Assembly (NCBI GenBank): GCA_963708185.1
Contig: OY970195.1
Location: 1,120,001-1,184,000, forward strand
DNA from: Candidatus Peregrinibacteria bacterium
GTDB taxonomy: Bacteria > Patescibacteriota > Gracilibacteria > UBA1369
DNA: 64,000 bases
Reading direction: 5' to 3'
Shown: piece by piece, positions 27,134 to 36,078 of the stretch
How the letters are laid out: every line of letters starts with the position of its first letter
How positions within the stretch are numbered: position 1 is the first letter of the stretch
Position numbers and translations under genes: made by a program
Notes under the pieces: model-generated
The model's input: the letters and a program-made list of their open reading frames with translations, nothing else
Told to the model about the DNA's origin: nothing
Databases searched by the model: none

Positions 27134-28372
27134 TTAGGGAAAAAGTCCTTTAAACCAGTCTTTCATTCCGCCCATCGTCTTGCGGAAATTCAACCCTTTC
27201 AACGAGAACCCGTAGGTCCTGTTTTCCAGCCTGCTTCCCCAAAGAATAAGGCCAATAGCTGTAGCGTAGGCCGGATCGTCAATCTTGTCCACCACGCCGT
27301 CGAAATTCTGGGGGAAACCGATTTGAACGGGCAGGTTCAACGTTTCACGGGCAAGGTCTATGGTACCTGGCATTTTCACGCTTGCGCCCGTAAGCACGAC
27401 CCCCGCAGGCAACATACCATCACGGTGGATTTTGGCGAGTTCGTCTTTGACCAGAATGAAAATTTCGTGATAGCGGGCTTCGATGATTTCCGCCATCATT
27501 TTCTTGGAAACTTTCTGGGTGTCGATTTTGCTCATCAAAGAGAGGTCGATGACTTCACGTTCGCTCACGTCCGTGGGCAGGCAGGTTCCGTATTCGATCT
27601 TGATCTTTTCGGCGGTATCGATGGAGGTCCGCAACCCGATGGCGATATCGTTCGTGACGTTTTCTCCTCCGACCGGCAATACGGCCGTGTGAAGCGTCGT
27701 TCCTTCTTCAAATACGCACAGCGAGGTTCCTCCCGATCCGATGTCCACCACGACGACGCCGAGCTCTTTCTGGCGCTTGCTCAAGACCGCTTCCGCACTG
27801 GCAAGACAGGAGGGGATGATGTCGTCAATATCCACGCCGGCCTGCAGCACGCATTTTTCGATGTTTTTGACCGCGGGAACCAGGCCGGTAATGATGTGAG
27901 CGTCCACTTCCAGTCGGATACCGGTCATGCCGACCGGATATTTGATGCCTTTCTGTTCATCAACGGTAAAAGACTTCGGAATGATGCGCAGGATGCGGCG
28001 GTTGCCGGGAATGGAAACTGCCTGGGCCGCTTCCAGCACGCGGTCGACGTCATCTTCGGTGATTTCGTTGCCGGCATGGGAAACAGCGATAACGCCTTTG
28101 GAATTGATGGATTCGATGTGGGTTCCACCGATACCAAGGAAAACATGATTGATGGGTTCTCCGGCCATTCTTTCGGCATCTTCGAGCGAAGCTGAGATGC
28201 TGTTGATGGTCTCTTCCACGTCAATAATAGCCCCCTTGCGCATACCCGTGGATGGAGCGATGCCTACACCGATGATGTTTGGGACCTGGGACTTTTCTTC
28301 GAGGGTACCGACGACCGTTCTGATCTTGGAGCTGCCAATGTCGAGACTTGCTATGACTCGTGCTTTTGCCAT
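27134..28372 (-). CDS. ftsA: Cell division protein FtsA
   Basis: LDIGSSKI, VDIGSGGT, TAEKIKIEYG; directly upstream of ftsZ. Confidence 0.97.
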   Translation of the reverse strand: MAKARVIASLDIGSSKIRTVVGTLEEKSQVPNIIGVGIAPSTGMRKGAIIDVEETINSISASLEDAERMAGEPINHVFLGIGGTHIESINSKGVIAVSHAGNEITEDDVDRVLEAAQAVSIPGNRRILRIIPKSFTVDEQKGIKYPVGMTGIRLEVDAHIITGLVPAVKNIEKCVLQAGVDIDDIIPSCLASAEAVLSKRQKELGVVVVDIGSGGTSLCVFEEGTTLHTAVLPVGGENVTNDIAIGLRTSIDTAEKIKIEYGTCLPTDVSEREVIDLSLMSKIDTQKVSKKMMAEIIEARYHEIFILVKDELAKIHRDGMLPAGVVLTGASVKMPGTIDLARETLNLPVQIGFPQNFDGVVDKIDDPAYATAIGLILWGSRLENRTYGFSLKGLNFRKTMGGMKDWFKGLFP

Positions 28373-28507
28373 TCGTTCAAATTAAAAATTGAGTTGAAAA
28401 TCGCCTTCGGTAAGGCGCCATTGCAAAGAGGAGTTTAGATCAAAATTGATCATTTGACAACAGAATTTATGAGCTAAAAATGGCTTCAGCAAGGGTTACG
28501 GACTCAT

Positions 28508-29416
28508 TTAGAACATACTTTGTTGTGCCTTTTCTTCAGGTTCCACCAGTTCTTTCAGGGTGTCAATCTGCTTGACCAGTGTTTTGAATTCGAGGTCTTC
28601 AAAGAGTTTTTTCACCTTTTCATACGGCGCTTTTGTGAGGTGGCATTCCTCAAGGTGGAGGTCGATCGGGACGTCGGTAACAATGGTGGCAAGCCTCTTG
28701 CTGAGTTCAGCATCGTCTTCTCCTTCCTCAAGTTTTTTGTGTTGTCCGGGCGTCAGCTCATCAAGGTGTTTATAGATATTTTCAAGGTGGTGGTATTTCT
28801 GGAGGAGTTCCACCGCGGTCTTATCGCCGATGCCTCCAACCCCCTTGATGTTGTCGGAGGGATCGCCTTTCAGCGCCTTGTAGTCGACGATCTGATCGGG
28901 GTTCAGCCCGGTTTTTTCTTTCACCTTTGCCGGAGTGTATTCGATCACTTCGGATACTCCTTTGAGCGGCGCAACGACATGCGTTTTGCCCGTCACCAGC
29001 TGGAAGGCGTCGCGGTCTCCGGTCAAAATAAGGGTATGCATTTCAGGGTCGCTTTCCGCCCTGTGGGCGATGGTTCCGATAATATCGTCAGCCTCGTAGC
29101 CGTCGAGCTCGAACATGGGGACGTTGAAGGTTTTCAGCGCTTCTTTGAGCCGCGGAAGCTGAGGATACAGCTCCTCCGGCGGCGCGGCGCGGGTCGCTTT
29201 GTATTCTTTGTACTCTTTGTGGCGGAAGGTCGGGGCGGCACGGTCCCAGGCCACGGCCACGTACTCCGGCTTTTCACGGCGTATAATCTCAATAAACATC
29301 TTCAGAAAGCCATAAATGGCGTTCGTATACTCGCCGGAACCGGTCTTGAAGAGGGGGAGAGCATGGAATGCGCGATGGAAAATGGCGTTTCCGTCAATAA
29401 GAAGCAGTTTTTTCAT
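28508..29416 (-). CDS. Stand-alone 5'-3' exonuclease (PolA N-terminal domain/FEN)
   Basis: LLIDGN..RAFHALP, YKATR, EADDIIGT, GDPSDNIKGVGGIG; ends after about 300 aa with no polymerase domain. Confidence 0.9.
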   Translation of the reverse strand: MKKLLLIDGNAIFHRAFHALPLFKTGSGEYTNAIYGFLKMFIEIIRREKPEYVAVAWDRAAPTFRHKEYKEYKATRAAPPEELYPQLPRLKEALKTFNVPMFELDGYEADDIIGTIAHRAESDPEMHTLILTGDRDAFQLVTGKTHVVAPLKGVSEVIEYTPAKVKEKTGLNPDQIVDYKALKGDPSDNIKGVGGIGDKTAVELLQKYHHLENIYKHLDELTPGQHKKLEEGEDDAELSKRLATIVTDVPIDLHLEECHLTKAPYEKVKKLFEDLEFKTLVKQIDTLKELVEPEEKAQQSMF

Positions 29417-29498
29417 ACGGGCGGACAATAGCATTTTCTGCGATTTTTTGCTATAATATTAAGATTTATTTTGTGCACAGCTCTCATAATATTTGCCC

Positions 29499-30203
29499 AT
29501 GGGACGCAGCGATCTGCAAAAACTGTTAGACCTGAAGAAGACCGCCAAGAAGCATTTCTTTGACGAGTGCTGGCCCGACCTCGCTGCGCGCGGTGCCCGG
29601 CAAGCAACCGCCTCGCGGTCGCCCGACCTCGCTGCGCGCGGTGCCCGGCAAGCAACCGCCTCGCGGTCGCCCGACCTCGCTGCGCGCGGTGCCCGGCAAG
29701 CAACCGCCTCGCGGTCGCCCGACCCCAGCGGCAAAGAGCCTCTTTTGATCATTTTCACGACAAAAGAGAAGTCCAACCGCGACCTCGTTTTCAAACTGCT
29801 CGAAGGTGTACTGGTTCTTCCAACGCAAGTCGTGGTGGTGAGCGAGGACCAGCCGGGCGAACTCATGAAACATCACACCGGGAAGATTTTCTGGTTTAAT
29901 CCCGAATCCGGACGCAACGCGCCGAAGCTGGACCAATGGATGCTGGCCGCAGACATGGCCGTCATTTTTGACGAGAAGCAGTCAACGATCAATACGCTCT
30001 TCGATAAAGGCGTCGTGCCGATCGCACACGAAAAATCTCCCCTCCTTGAAAACTATCACCCCAATGAAGAGACCGGAAACAGTTTCACCTACAATGAAAA
30101 AAACCCGTGGGGTGTTTTCGCCGCGCTGGTACGCGCATGCGAAACGTATCACTTTCCATACGACTGGCAGCATATCATCCGGGGCATTCTGAAAGTACGC
30201 TGA
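29499..30203 (+). CDS. Protein resembling the glycogen synthase C-terminal region, carrying an in-frame 3x16-aa repeat
   Basis: C-terminal ETGNSFTY..FAALVRACETYHFPYDW resembles the GlgA end; start ATG 29499. Confidence 0.6.
   Translation: MGRSDLQKLLDLKKTAKKHFFDECWPDLAARGARQATASRSPDLAARGARQATASRSPDLAARGARQATASRSPDPSGKEPLLIIFTTKEKSNRDLVFKLLEGVLVLPTQVVVVSEDQPGELMKHHTGKIFWFNPESGRNAPKLDQWMLAADMAVIFDEKQSTINTLFDKGVVPIAHEKSPLLENYHPNEETGNSFTYNEKNPWGVFAALVRACETYHFPYDWQHIIRGILKVR
29574..29724. repeat. Perfect tandem repeat, 3x48 bp plus partial copy
   Basis: Unit CCCGACCTCGCTGCGCGCGGTGCCCGGCAAGCAACCGCCTCGCGGTCG at 29574, 29622, 29670; CCCGACC at 29718. Confidence 0.97.
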
Positions 30204-30204
30204 T

Positions 30205-30570
30205 TTAATCCAACGACTGACTTCCTCCGCTCACGCTGCTTCCGAGGCTGGTGATGTTTTGGACGATGTCGTTGAAGTTGATGTACTTGATGATGTCGAG
30301 ACCGATGATCCTGCCGACGGTTCCGACGATGACCACGGACAGAATGGTAATGATCAAACCGATGATGGCGTAGCGGATAGTGCTGACGGCCTGTTTGATC
30401 TTGTCTTCCTGGCCTCCGGAAAGGATGAAGGAGATACCTCCGATGAAGATGAAGATAACGGAAAGAAGACCGGCAATGATGATGGCGTATGCCAAGCCTT
30501 TGTTTATGATTTCAACAATGTCATAGCGCTGTGCTGCGCCGAGAATGGAGTTTGCGGGAATGGCTGCCAT
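30205..30570 (-). CDS. TrbC/VirB2-like (T4SS_pilin) pilin of the CPR type
   Basis: TM-GGISFILSGGQEDKIKQAVSTIRYAIIGL-TM signature. Confidence 0.8.
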   Translation of the reverse strand: MAAIPANSILGAAQRYDIVEIINKGLAYAIIIAGLLSVIFIFIGGISFILSGGQEDKIKQAVSTIRYAIIGLIITILSVVIVGTVGRIIGLDIIKYINFNDIVQNITSLGSSVSGGSQSLD

Positions 30571-30603
30571 GCTGTTTTGTTTGATTAGGGAATGAGGAAA
30601 TAC

Positions 30604-30894
30604 TTATTCTGTTTTTACTTCTGTTCCATCCGGTTCGACGATTTTCAAGTTTACGCGCGCATTGTTTTTTGAACCGATGACGCGGAGGAGGATACGAAGG
30701 GATTTCGCGGTTTGTCCGTTTTTGCCGATGATCTTCCCCATGTCATCCTTGTTGACCTTGAGAGTAATGAGCACCCCCATTTCGTCTACGTTGCGGGATA
30801 CTTCAACGTCATCAGGATACTGAACGATCTGTTTGACGATATATTCCACAAAATCGCGGTCTGAACCTTGAGAAAAGTCTTTCGTTTCATCCAT
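30604..30894 (-). CDS. khpA: KH-domain RNA-binding protein
   Basis: DMGKIIGKNGQTAKSLR; downstream of rpsP as in the conserved operon. Confidence 0.9.
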   Translation of the reverse strand: MDETKDFSQGSDRDFVEYIVKQIVQYPDDVEVSRNVDEMGVLITLKVNKDDMGKIIGKNGQTAKSLRILLRVIGSKNNARVNLKIVEPDGTEVKTE

Positions 30895-30936
30895 AGTGGT
30901 GGTGGTTTAATTATATTATGAAGAGTAAGACTTTTC

Positions 30937-31344
30937 CTAAGCGGCTGGAGCGCTTTCCGGCGCCGGAGCATCAGCTTTTTCAGCTGGAGCTGCCTTTTCC
31001 GCCGGCGCAGGCGCTGCGGCTTTTTCACCGGCCGGAGCGGCTTCTTTGCCTTCTTCGCCTTTCTTCTTCATGTCCGACTGGCGTTTAGCCACGAATTTGT
31101 CCATGTCGACAAAACCTTTTTTCTTGAGCAATGAAGCCACGCTGCTGGAAGGCTGCGCGCCTTTGCTCATCCAATATTCGATGCGTTCTTTTTTGATTTC
31201 CAACGGCTTTTCAGCTTTTGCCGGCTGATAATGGCCAACGACTTCAATAAATTTCCCTTTCACGGGACGAGCATGTTCTGCAACCACGAGACGGAAAGAT
31301 TCCTGTTTTGCGCGGCCGGTACGGGTGAGTCTGATTCTTAACAC
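30937..31344 (-). CDS. rpsP: 30S ribosomal protein S16 with Ala/Pro-rich tail
   Basis: GTG start at 31344: (M)LRIRLTRTGR..FRLVVAE..GKFIEVVGHY..YWMSKGAQPS. Confidence 0.93.
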   Translation of the reverse strand: MLRIRLTRTGRAKQESFRLVVAEHARPVKGKFIEVVGHYQPAKAEKPLEIKKERIEYWMSKGAQPSSSVASLLKKKGFVDMDKFVAKRQSDMKKKGEEGKEAAPAGEKAAAPAPAEKAAPAEKADAPAPESAPAA

Positions 31345-31487
31345 GTTTGTAACGAAGTTATGAAATAATGCGTTTTTTTCGAATGAGGGAGGACTCCGCT
31401 GTCGAAGGTTTTTCTGCAGAACGGAGGGATCGGTTTCAGGCCGATCTTCGTAAAAACGCTTCAAGTTTAGCGCAGGAAAGCGGAATG

Positions 31488-31802
31488 TCAAGCTTCAGGA
31501 AGGCCCTGGCTCATTTCGACCTTGATATTCTGAAGCGTCTTGGAACCGTATTTGTGGTTGATGGCCTCGAGAATCTGATGTTTGCGCATGGCTATTTGTT
31601 GAGCGCAAGCCGAATTCGTCACTCCGACGGTCAGGGTTTTCCCGTCGTAGGATTTGGGAAAGGACTGTTCAGAAGCTTCGGGAGAAAGAAGTGTTTTGGA
31701 AAGACTCCGGAACTCCTGACAGATCTGCACCGCCTTGAATTGACGGGTGAAATTGTATTCCGACGCGGCTTTGTTCAAATATTTCTGAAAAGAATCAAAC
31801 AT
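31488..31802 (-). CDS. DUF721/DciA-like protein
   Basis: 104 aa, LTVGVTNSACAQQIAMRKHQILEAIN pattern. Confidence 0.7.
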   Translation of the reverse strand: MFDSFQKYLNKAASEYNFTRQFKAVQICQEFRSLSKTLLSPEASEQSFPKSYDGKTLTVGVTNSACAQQIAMRKHQILEAINHKYGSKTLQNIKVEMSQGLPEA

Positions 31803-32931
31803 GCATGGCTTCGCTATAAACTTTGAGGGTTTCCTGCGTCATTTTCTTCCAGGAGAATTGTTTCACTCTTTGCAGGCCGTTTGCAACCAGTTTTTCGCGC
31901 AGGGACTTTTGACTGACGACGTTGAAAATTTTTTCCGCCATATCGCCCGGGTCTTCGGGATTGAAAAACACTGCGTTCTCCTCTCCGCATATTTCAGGGA
32001 TGGAAGAGATGTCCGAAGCGACGACGGGGATCCCGCATTGCATGGCTTCAAGCGGCGGTAATCCGAACCCTTCGTAAAGCGAAGGAAAAACATAGGCTTC
32101 CGCGCCGTTATATAATGGTACGAGATCTTTTTCTTCGACCAGGCCGGTGAAGATGACGTCGTTTTCTAGTTTGAGCGAAAGCGTATTTTCCTCAAGTTCC
32201 GGGGCGTACACAGGATCTTTTCTTCCCGTGATGACGAGATAGCCGTCGAACCCGTAGTCGTTCTTGAGAATGTGGAAAGCCTTTAAAAGATTGGGGAGGT
32301 TTTTGTGGCTGCGCCAGACGCCGGTATATAAAAGGTACGGTTTGTTGATTTCATATTTCGTTTTGACTGTCTCGATTTTTTTGATGTCTTCCGTTGAACG
32401 CGGCGGCTGGAATTTTTCATGAACGCCTTCGTAGATAACCCTGACTTTGTCGTCGGCAGATTCAAAAAGATTTTGGAGGTCTTTCTTGGTGTTCTGAGAA
32501 ACGGCGATGATTCTTTTGGCTTTCTTTACTGCCGACCGGATGGTGACCTGGTAGCCGAAACGGTATACCGGCGAGGACATTTTCTTGCCGGGATAAAACG
32601 AAAGCGTGAGATCGTGGATGGTGACGACGGAAGGTTTGCTATAAAAAATCGGCGCGTTGAAGTGTGTAAAATGCATGAGGTCGAGGTGCTCTTTGTTGAG
32701 TGCGCGGAGAAACCTCGTCTGCTCGGCCAGGGAATAATGCGGCGCGTTGACGAGGATTTTTTTGACGTTGGTTCCCGGCGGCGTGAAGTGCGAGAACTCC
32801 GGTTCGTTGAAAAAGAGCACGTAGTCGTTTTTGGGCTCCATGCGGAAAAGGTTTTCCGTGAGTTCGTAAACGTAGCGGCCGATGCCGGTGAAACGGGAGG
32901 AGTACATTCTGCAGTCGATGCCGATCTTCAT
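31795..32931 (-). CDS. Glycosyltransferase family 4 (GT-B)
   Basis: MKIGIDCR start at 32931, VTIHDL, FPSLYEGFGLPPLEAM. Confidence 0.92.
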   Translation of the reverse strand: MKIGIDCRMYSSRFTGIGRYVYELTENLFRMEPKNDYVLFFNEPEFSHFTPPGTNVKKILVNAPHYSLAEQTRFLRALNKEHLDLMHFTHFNAPIFYSKPSVVTIHDLTLSFYPGKKMSSPVYRFGYQVTIRSAVKKAKRIIAVSQNTKKDLQNLFESADDKVRVIYEGVHEKFQPPRSTEDIKKIETVKTKYEINKPYLLYTGVWRSHKNLPNLLKAFHILKNDYGFDGYLVITGRKDPVYAPELEENTLSLKLENDVIFTGLVEEKDLVPLYNGAEAYVFPSLYEGFGLPPLEAMQCGIPVVASDISSIPEICGEENAVFFNPEDPGDMAEKIFNVVSQKSLREKLVANGLQRVKQFSWKKMTQETLKVYSEAMHV

Positions 32932-32937
32932 GGGAAC

Positions 32938-33074
32938 GTTAGAGTTTGTGCCGCTTTCGGGCCGCTTGTTCGCCCCTGCGAGGCGACCTGCGCTGATACA
33001 CAAGTGCTCGCTCGTCCTGCGGACTCCATGCCCGCTCGCACTTGTGAATCCCCTCGAGCAGTACAAACTATAAC
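32938..33074. repeat. Multi-branched palindromic element
   Basis: Outer IR GTTAGAGTTTGT/ACAAACTATAAC; inner IR CACAAGTGC/GCACTTGTG; two CCTGCG-containing hairpins. Confidence 0.7.
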
Positions 33075-33279
33075 ATAATCATCTGAAGATTGGCTTGCCA
33101 AAAAGCGGGCTCTTCATTATTATTGGCAGGCAATTTTGTGACATTTTCATTTCGGAGCCCGGCAAAAGCGTGACATCGGTTTTGTCAACGGGCAGGCGGG
33201 ACAGGTGTAAAAGGTACAACCGAGGCCATGGGCCGAGGGCGAGCGAGTGGGTTTCCCACGAAGCGAGCGTACCAGGCAA

Positions 33280-33356
33280 GGAGCGGTAGTTCAGCTGGTT
33301 AGAACGCCACACTGTCACTGTGGAGGTCGGGGGTTCGAGTCCCCTCCGTTCCGCCA
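33280..33356 (+). tRNA. tRNA-Asp (GTC)
   Basis: GGAGCGG/CCGTTCC acceptor stem, D-loop AGCTGGTTAGA, CCACA-CTGTCAC-TGTGG anticodon arm, GGTTCGAGTCC T-loop, encoded CCA. Confidence 0.97.
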
Positions 33357-33365
33357 TGTCTGTTT

Positions 33366-35144
33366 TCAATCATCAGCTGAAATTTCTTGAAATTCTTCTT
33401 CAACAAGTTCCCTGTCTTGAAAAATTTGCGGGGTTAACATCACCTCAGCGTGGCTTAAATAGTTAATAAACCACTCCGCCTCTTGCCTAAGCTGTCTTAC
33501 GTTTATCTTTGAAATTTTACGCCCATCTTTGCGTTGCAACACATAGTTCGAATGTTTTTCGATCCACCTATTTAGTTTTGAAATATTTAGTCTACCGCAA
33601 CGCCAAACATCCATGATTGTTTTTCTATCGGGCAAGGCCATTTTTGCATCAACGGATTCTGATATGGAACCCAAAAATGTAAACATCAAATTACCCGGAT
33701 CAACATTCCCTAATCCCTCCGGCATCATTTCAATGATTGTTTCAACGGCTTCTTGAAAAAATCTTATAATGGTCGGACAATTTTTATCAATCAGCCTCAT
33801 TGATTTGCAGCTAACAAATTCGGAGAGAAATTTTGTCCTGGTCTTTCCTGTACTCGTATAAACATAACGCTTGTAATCGCCGAATATCGGGCGGCCAGAG
33901 ACTGCAATGATAAATGGCTGGATGACTGCTGTCATCAACCCATTGGTAGCATTTCCGTTTTGTAATGCCCCCGCTGGATTTTCTTTTTCCAAACTTTCCA
34001 GCAATTTATTTTCAGCTTCTTCAAGTAATGCAGAAACCAGGAAAGCCAACATCAATATCATTCTGTTTCTTATCATATCGATATCTTCATCCTTAAGGCT
34101 ATCAACCGGTAAAGACAGTTTTCTAAATAATGCATTCCCCACTTTAACTGACCACGCTGCAACTGAAGGGTCGCGGGGCATCTGGAGCGCATTGACGGCT
34201 TTTGTGGTCACCCCTTTGTCGCGAATATTTTGATCTATTTTCATTCCCTTTTTTTCTTGTTCTTTTACTTTTGCAATAAAAGCTTTTCTTACGCTTTCAA
34301 GCCGACCGTCAAATGCTTCCGGGGATTCCAGCCACGCCATATCAAAGCCGATTTTTTTCATTGATGTCTCAAGATCGTCCCATGCCCCTAACTCTTTCAA
34401 AAAAAGGTATTCCGTCTTCGTGGTTATATTTTCTCTCCGTGCCCGCGTGTTCAAAAGGATAATTGCATCATCGGATAAAGGAAGCATTTTCATGACGGTG
34501 TCATACCCCCGGCACATCGCTCCTAAAAAATCTAAACTTACAACATCAAAAGGTTTCTTTTCTTTCTCAAGAACCTTTTCCAGTCGTCCAATTTGGTATT
34601 GGATCCCCATTCTTTTCGCATTCTCTTCAAATTCGTCTCGGGCCTCCTTGTCGCCGCCTTCAACCCCTAAGATGTTTTGGGAACGGAAACCTAGGTCAAG
34701 ATATGTTTGTATTTCGAGACACTTTTTCCCGGGCAAACAGAGGACTCTCATTTTTCTTCTTTTTTTGGGATCCGTATTTTTATCAACGAATTCATAAATT
34801 TTTCTTCTCCACGCTCTTTTTATTTCGTTATCATAATCAAAATGTTCACCTCCTTCATGAGGATCCTCGTCCGTAGATCCGTACTTACCATCTTCTTCTA
34901 TGTCCTCTTTCATTTCAACGGAAACTTCTTCTTCCTTCAAAGGAACTTGCGTTGCATCCGTTTCCATTAGTCTTTTTGCTCTTATCTTGGTCCATGCGGT
35001 AATCGCCGCTATTGTCTGTATGCTTACGTTAAATGTATCAGCGCACTCTCTGCGGAATTGTCTTTTTTCTTCATCAGTACTTCCAGAAGATACGTAGTCT
35101 CTGATGAATTTCCTATCTTCATTATTGAGAGCGGGTATTGTCAT
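33366..35144 (-). CDS. AT-rich orphan with SAM-methyltransferase-like central domain
   Basis: VLCLPG..ILGVEG..FDVVSLDFLG pattern matches class I MTase motif spacing; convergent on the tRNA 3' end. Confidence 0.6.
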   Translation of the reverse strand: MTIPALNNEDRKFIRDYVSSGSTDEEKRQFRRECADTFNVSIQTIAAITAWTKIRAKRLMETDATQVPLKEEEVSVEMKEDIEEDGKYGSTDEDPHEGGEHFDYDNEIKRAWRRKIYEFVDKNTDPKKRRKMRVLCLPGKKCLEIQTYLDLGFRSQNILGVEGGDKEARDEFEENAKRMGIQYQIGRLEKVLEKEKKPFDVVSLDFLGAMCRGYDTVMKMLPLSDDAIILLNTRARRENITTKTEYLFLKELGAWDDLETSMKKIGFDMAWLESPEAFDGRLESVRKAFIAKVKEQEKKGMKIDQNIRDKGVTTKAVNALQMPRDPSVAAWSVKVGNALFRKLSLPVDSLKDEDIDMIRNRMILMLAFLVSALLEEAENKLLESLEKENPAGALQNGNATNGLMTAVIQPFIIAVSGRPIFGDYKRYVYTSTGKTRTKFLSEFVSCKSMRLIDKNCPTIIRFFQEAVETIIEMMPEGLGNVDPGNLMFTFLGSISESVDAKMALPDRKTIMDVWRCGRLNISKLNRWIEKHSNYVLQRKDGRKISKINVRQLRQEAEWFINYLSHAEVMLTPQIFQDRELVEEEFQEISADD

Positions 35145-35261
35145 GAGCGATAACAAAAATTGGTTTCGTGGAATAATATATTTTTACGGCGCTGTCAAAT
35201 TACGCCCCGGCTTCTTCCTTCTTAGAGTGAGTGATATATTCTTGGTGATTTTGCTATTGCT

Positions 35262-35972
35262 ATGTTCCTTCCCGTCCAAACCGCACTGCGAAAAATCGGC
35301 AACCCCGAAAAGGCGAAGTTTTTAAAGCGATTTTTCAAAACCGGAAAAGGGCAGTACGCCGAAGGTGACCGCATGCTGGGGATTACCGTTCCGGAACAGC
35401 GCAAAGTCGCCAAAAAGTTTTCCTCCATGGACTTGGACGACGTGCTTACGCTCCTGCATAGCGGGTACCACGAGGAGCGGCTGACTGCGCTTCTTATCCT
35501 GGTTCATCAGTTCGAACATGGCGATGTTCAAACAAGGAAAAAAATTTTCTACGCTTATCTGAAGAACACGACGTACGTGAATAACTGGGACCTTGTGGAC
35601 CTTTCGGCGCCGAGAATCGTTGGGGCTTTTTTGAGCGGCAAGAAGGGAACGGGGAACAGACAACTTCTAAAAAAACTGGCCCTTTCGAAACATTTATGGG
35701 AGCGGCGCATCGCGATCGTGGCGACGTTGTTTTTTATTGTCCGCGACGGCGAGTTCGATGATACGCTGAACATCTGCGAGATGCTTTTGAAGGACCGCCA
35801 TGACCTCATCCATAAGGCCTGCGGATGGATGCTGCGGGAGGTTGGCAAACGCGACGAAAAGGTTCTGGAAAAATTTCTAGATACGTATCTGGCGGCGATG
35901 CCGCGCACGATGTTGAGGTATTCGATCGAACGGATGGATCGTGCAAAAAAAGACTTCTATATGGGGCGATAA
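35262..35972 (+). CDS. DNA alkylation repair protein (AlkD family)
   Basis: FFKTGKGQYAEGD, VNNWDLVD, HKACGWMLREVGK, MPRTMLRYSIE. Confidence 0.92.
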   Translation: MFLPVQTALRKIGNPEKAKFLKRFFKTGKGQYAEGDRMLGITVPEQRKVAKKFSSMDLDDVLTLLHSGYHEERLTALLILVHQFEHGDVQTRKKIFYAYLKNTTYVNNWDLVDLSAPRIVGAFLSGKKGTGNRQLLKKLALSKHLWERRIAIVATLFFIVRDGEFDDTLNICEMLLKDRHDLIHKACGWMLREVGKRDEKVLEKFLDTYLAAMPRTMLRYSIERMDRAKKDFYMGR

Positions 35973-36078
35973 GGAGAAGCCGGCGGTGAAAATCGCGTGG
36001 AATTTATCGGCCTCTTCCGGGCTTTTTTTTGACAAATCGTTTGTAGTTGGGTTTAATTGCTTCTTACTTTCTCTCTTT

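Noticed and set aside
29574-29724. CRISPR array
   Set aside because: Units are head-to-tail with no unique spacers, lie in frame inside a CDS, and no cas genes are present.
30960-31050. APAEKA-type repeats in the S16 tail
   Set aside because: Low-complexity C-terminal extensions of S16 are common.
33079-33369. 96-aa minus-strand ORF (MAERRGLEPPTSTVTVWRSNQLNY)
   Set aside because: It is the antisense translation of tRNA-Asp.
33356-35260. Prophage or integrative element at tRNA-Asp
   Set aside because: No integrase, phage genes or duplicated tRNA 3' end were found; only a single AT-rich gene is present.
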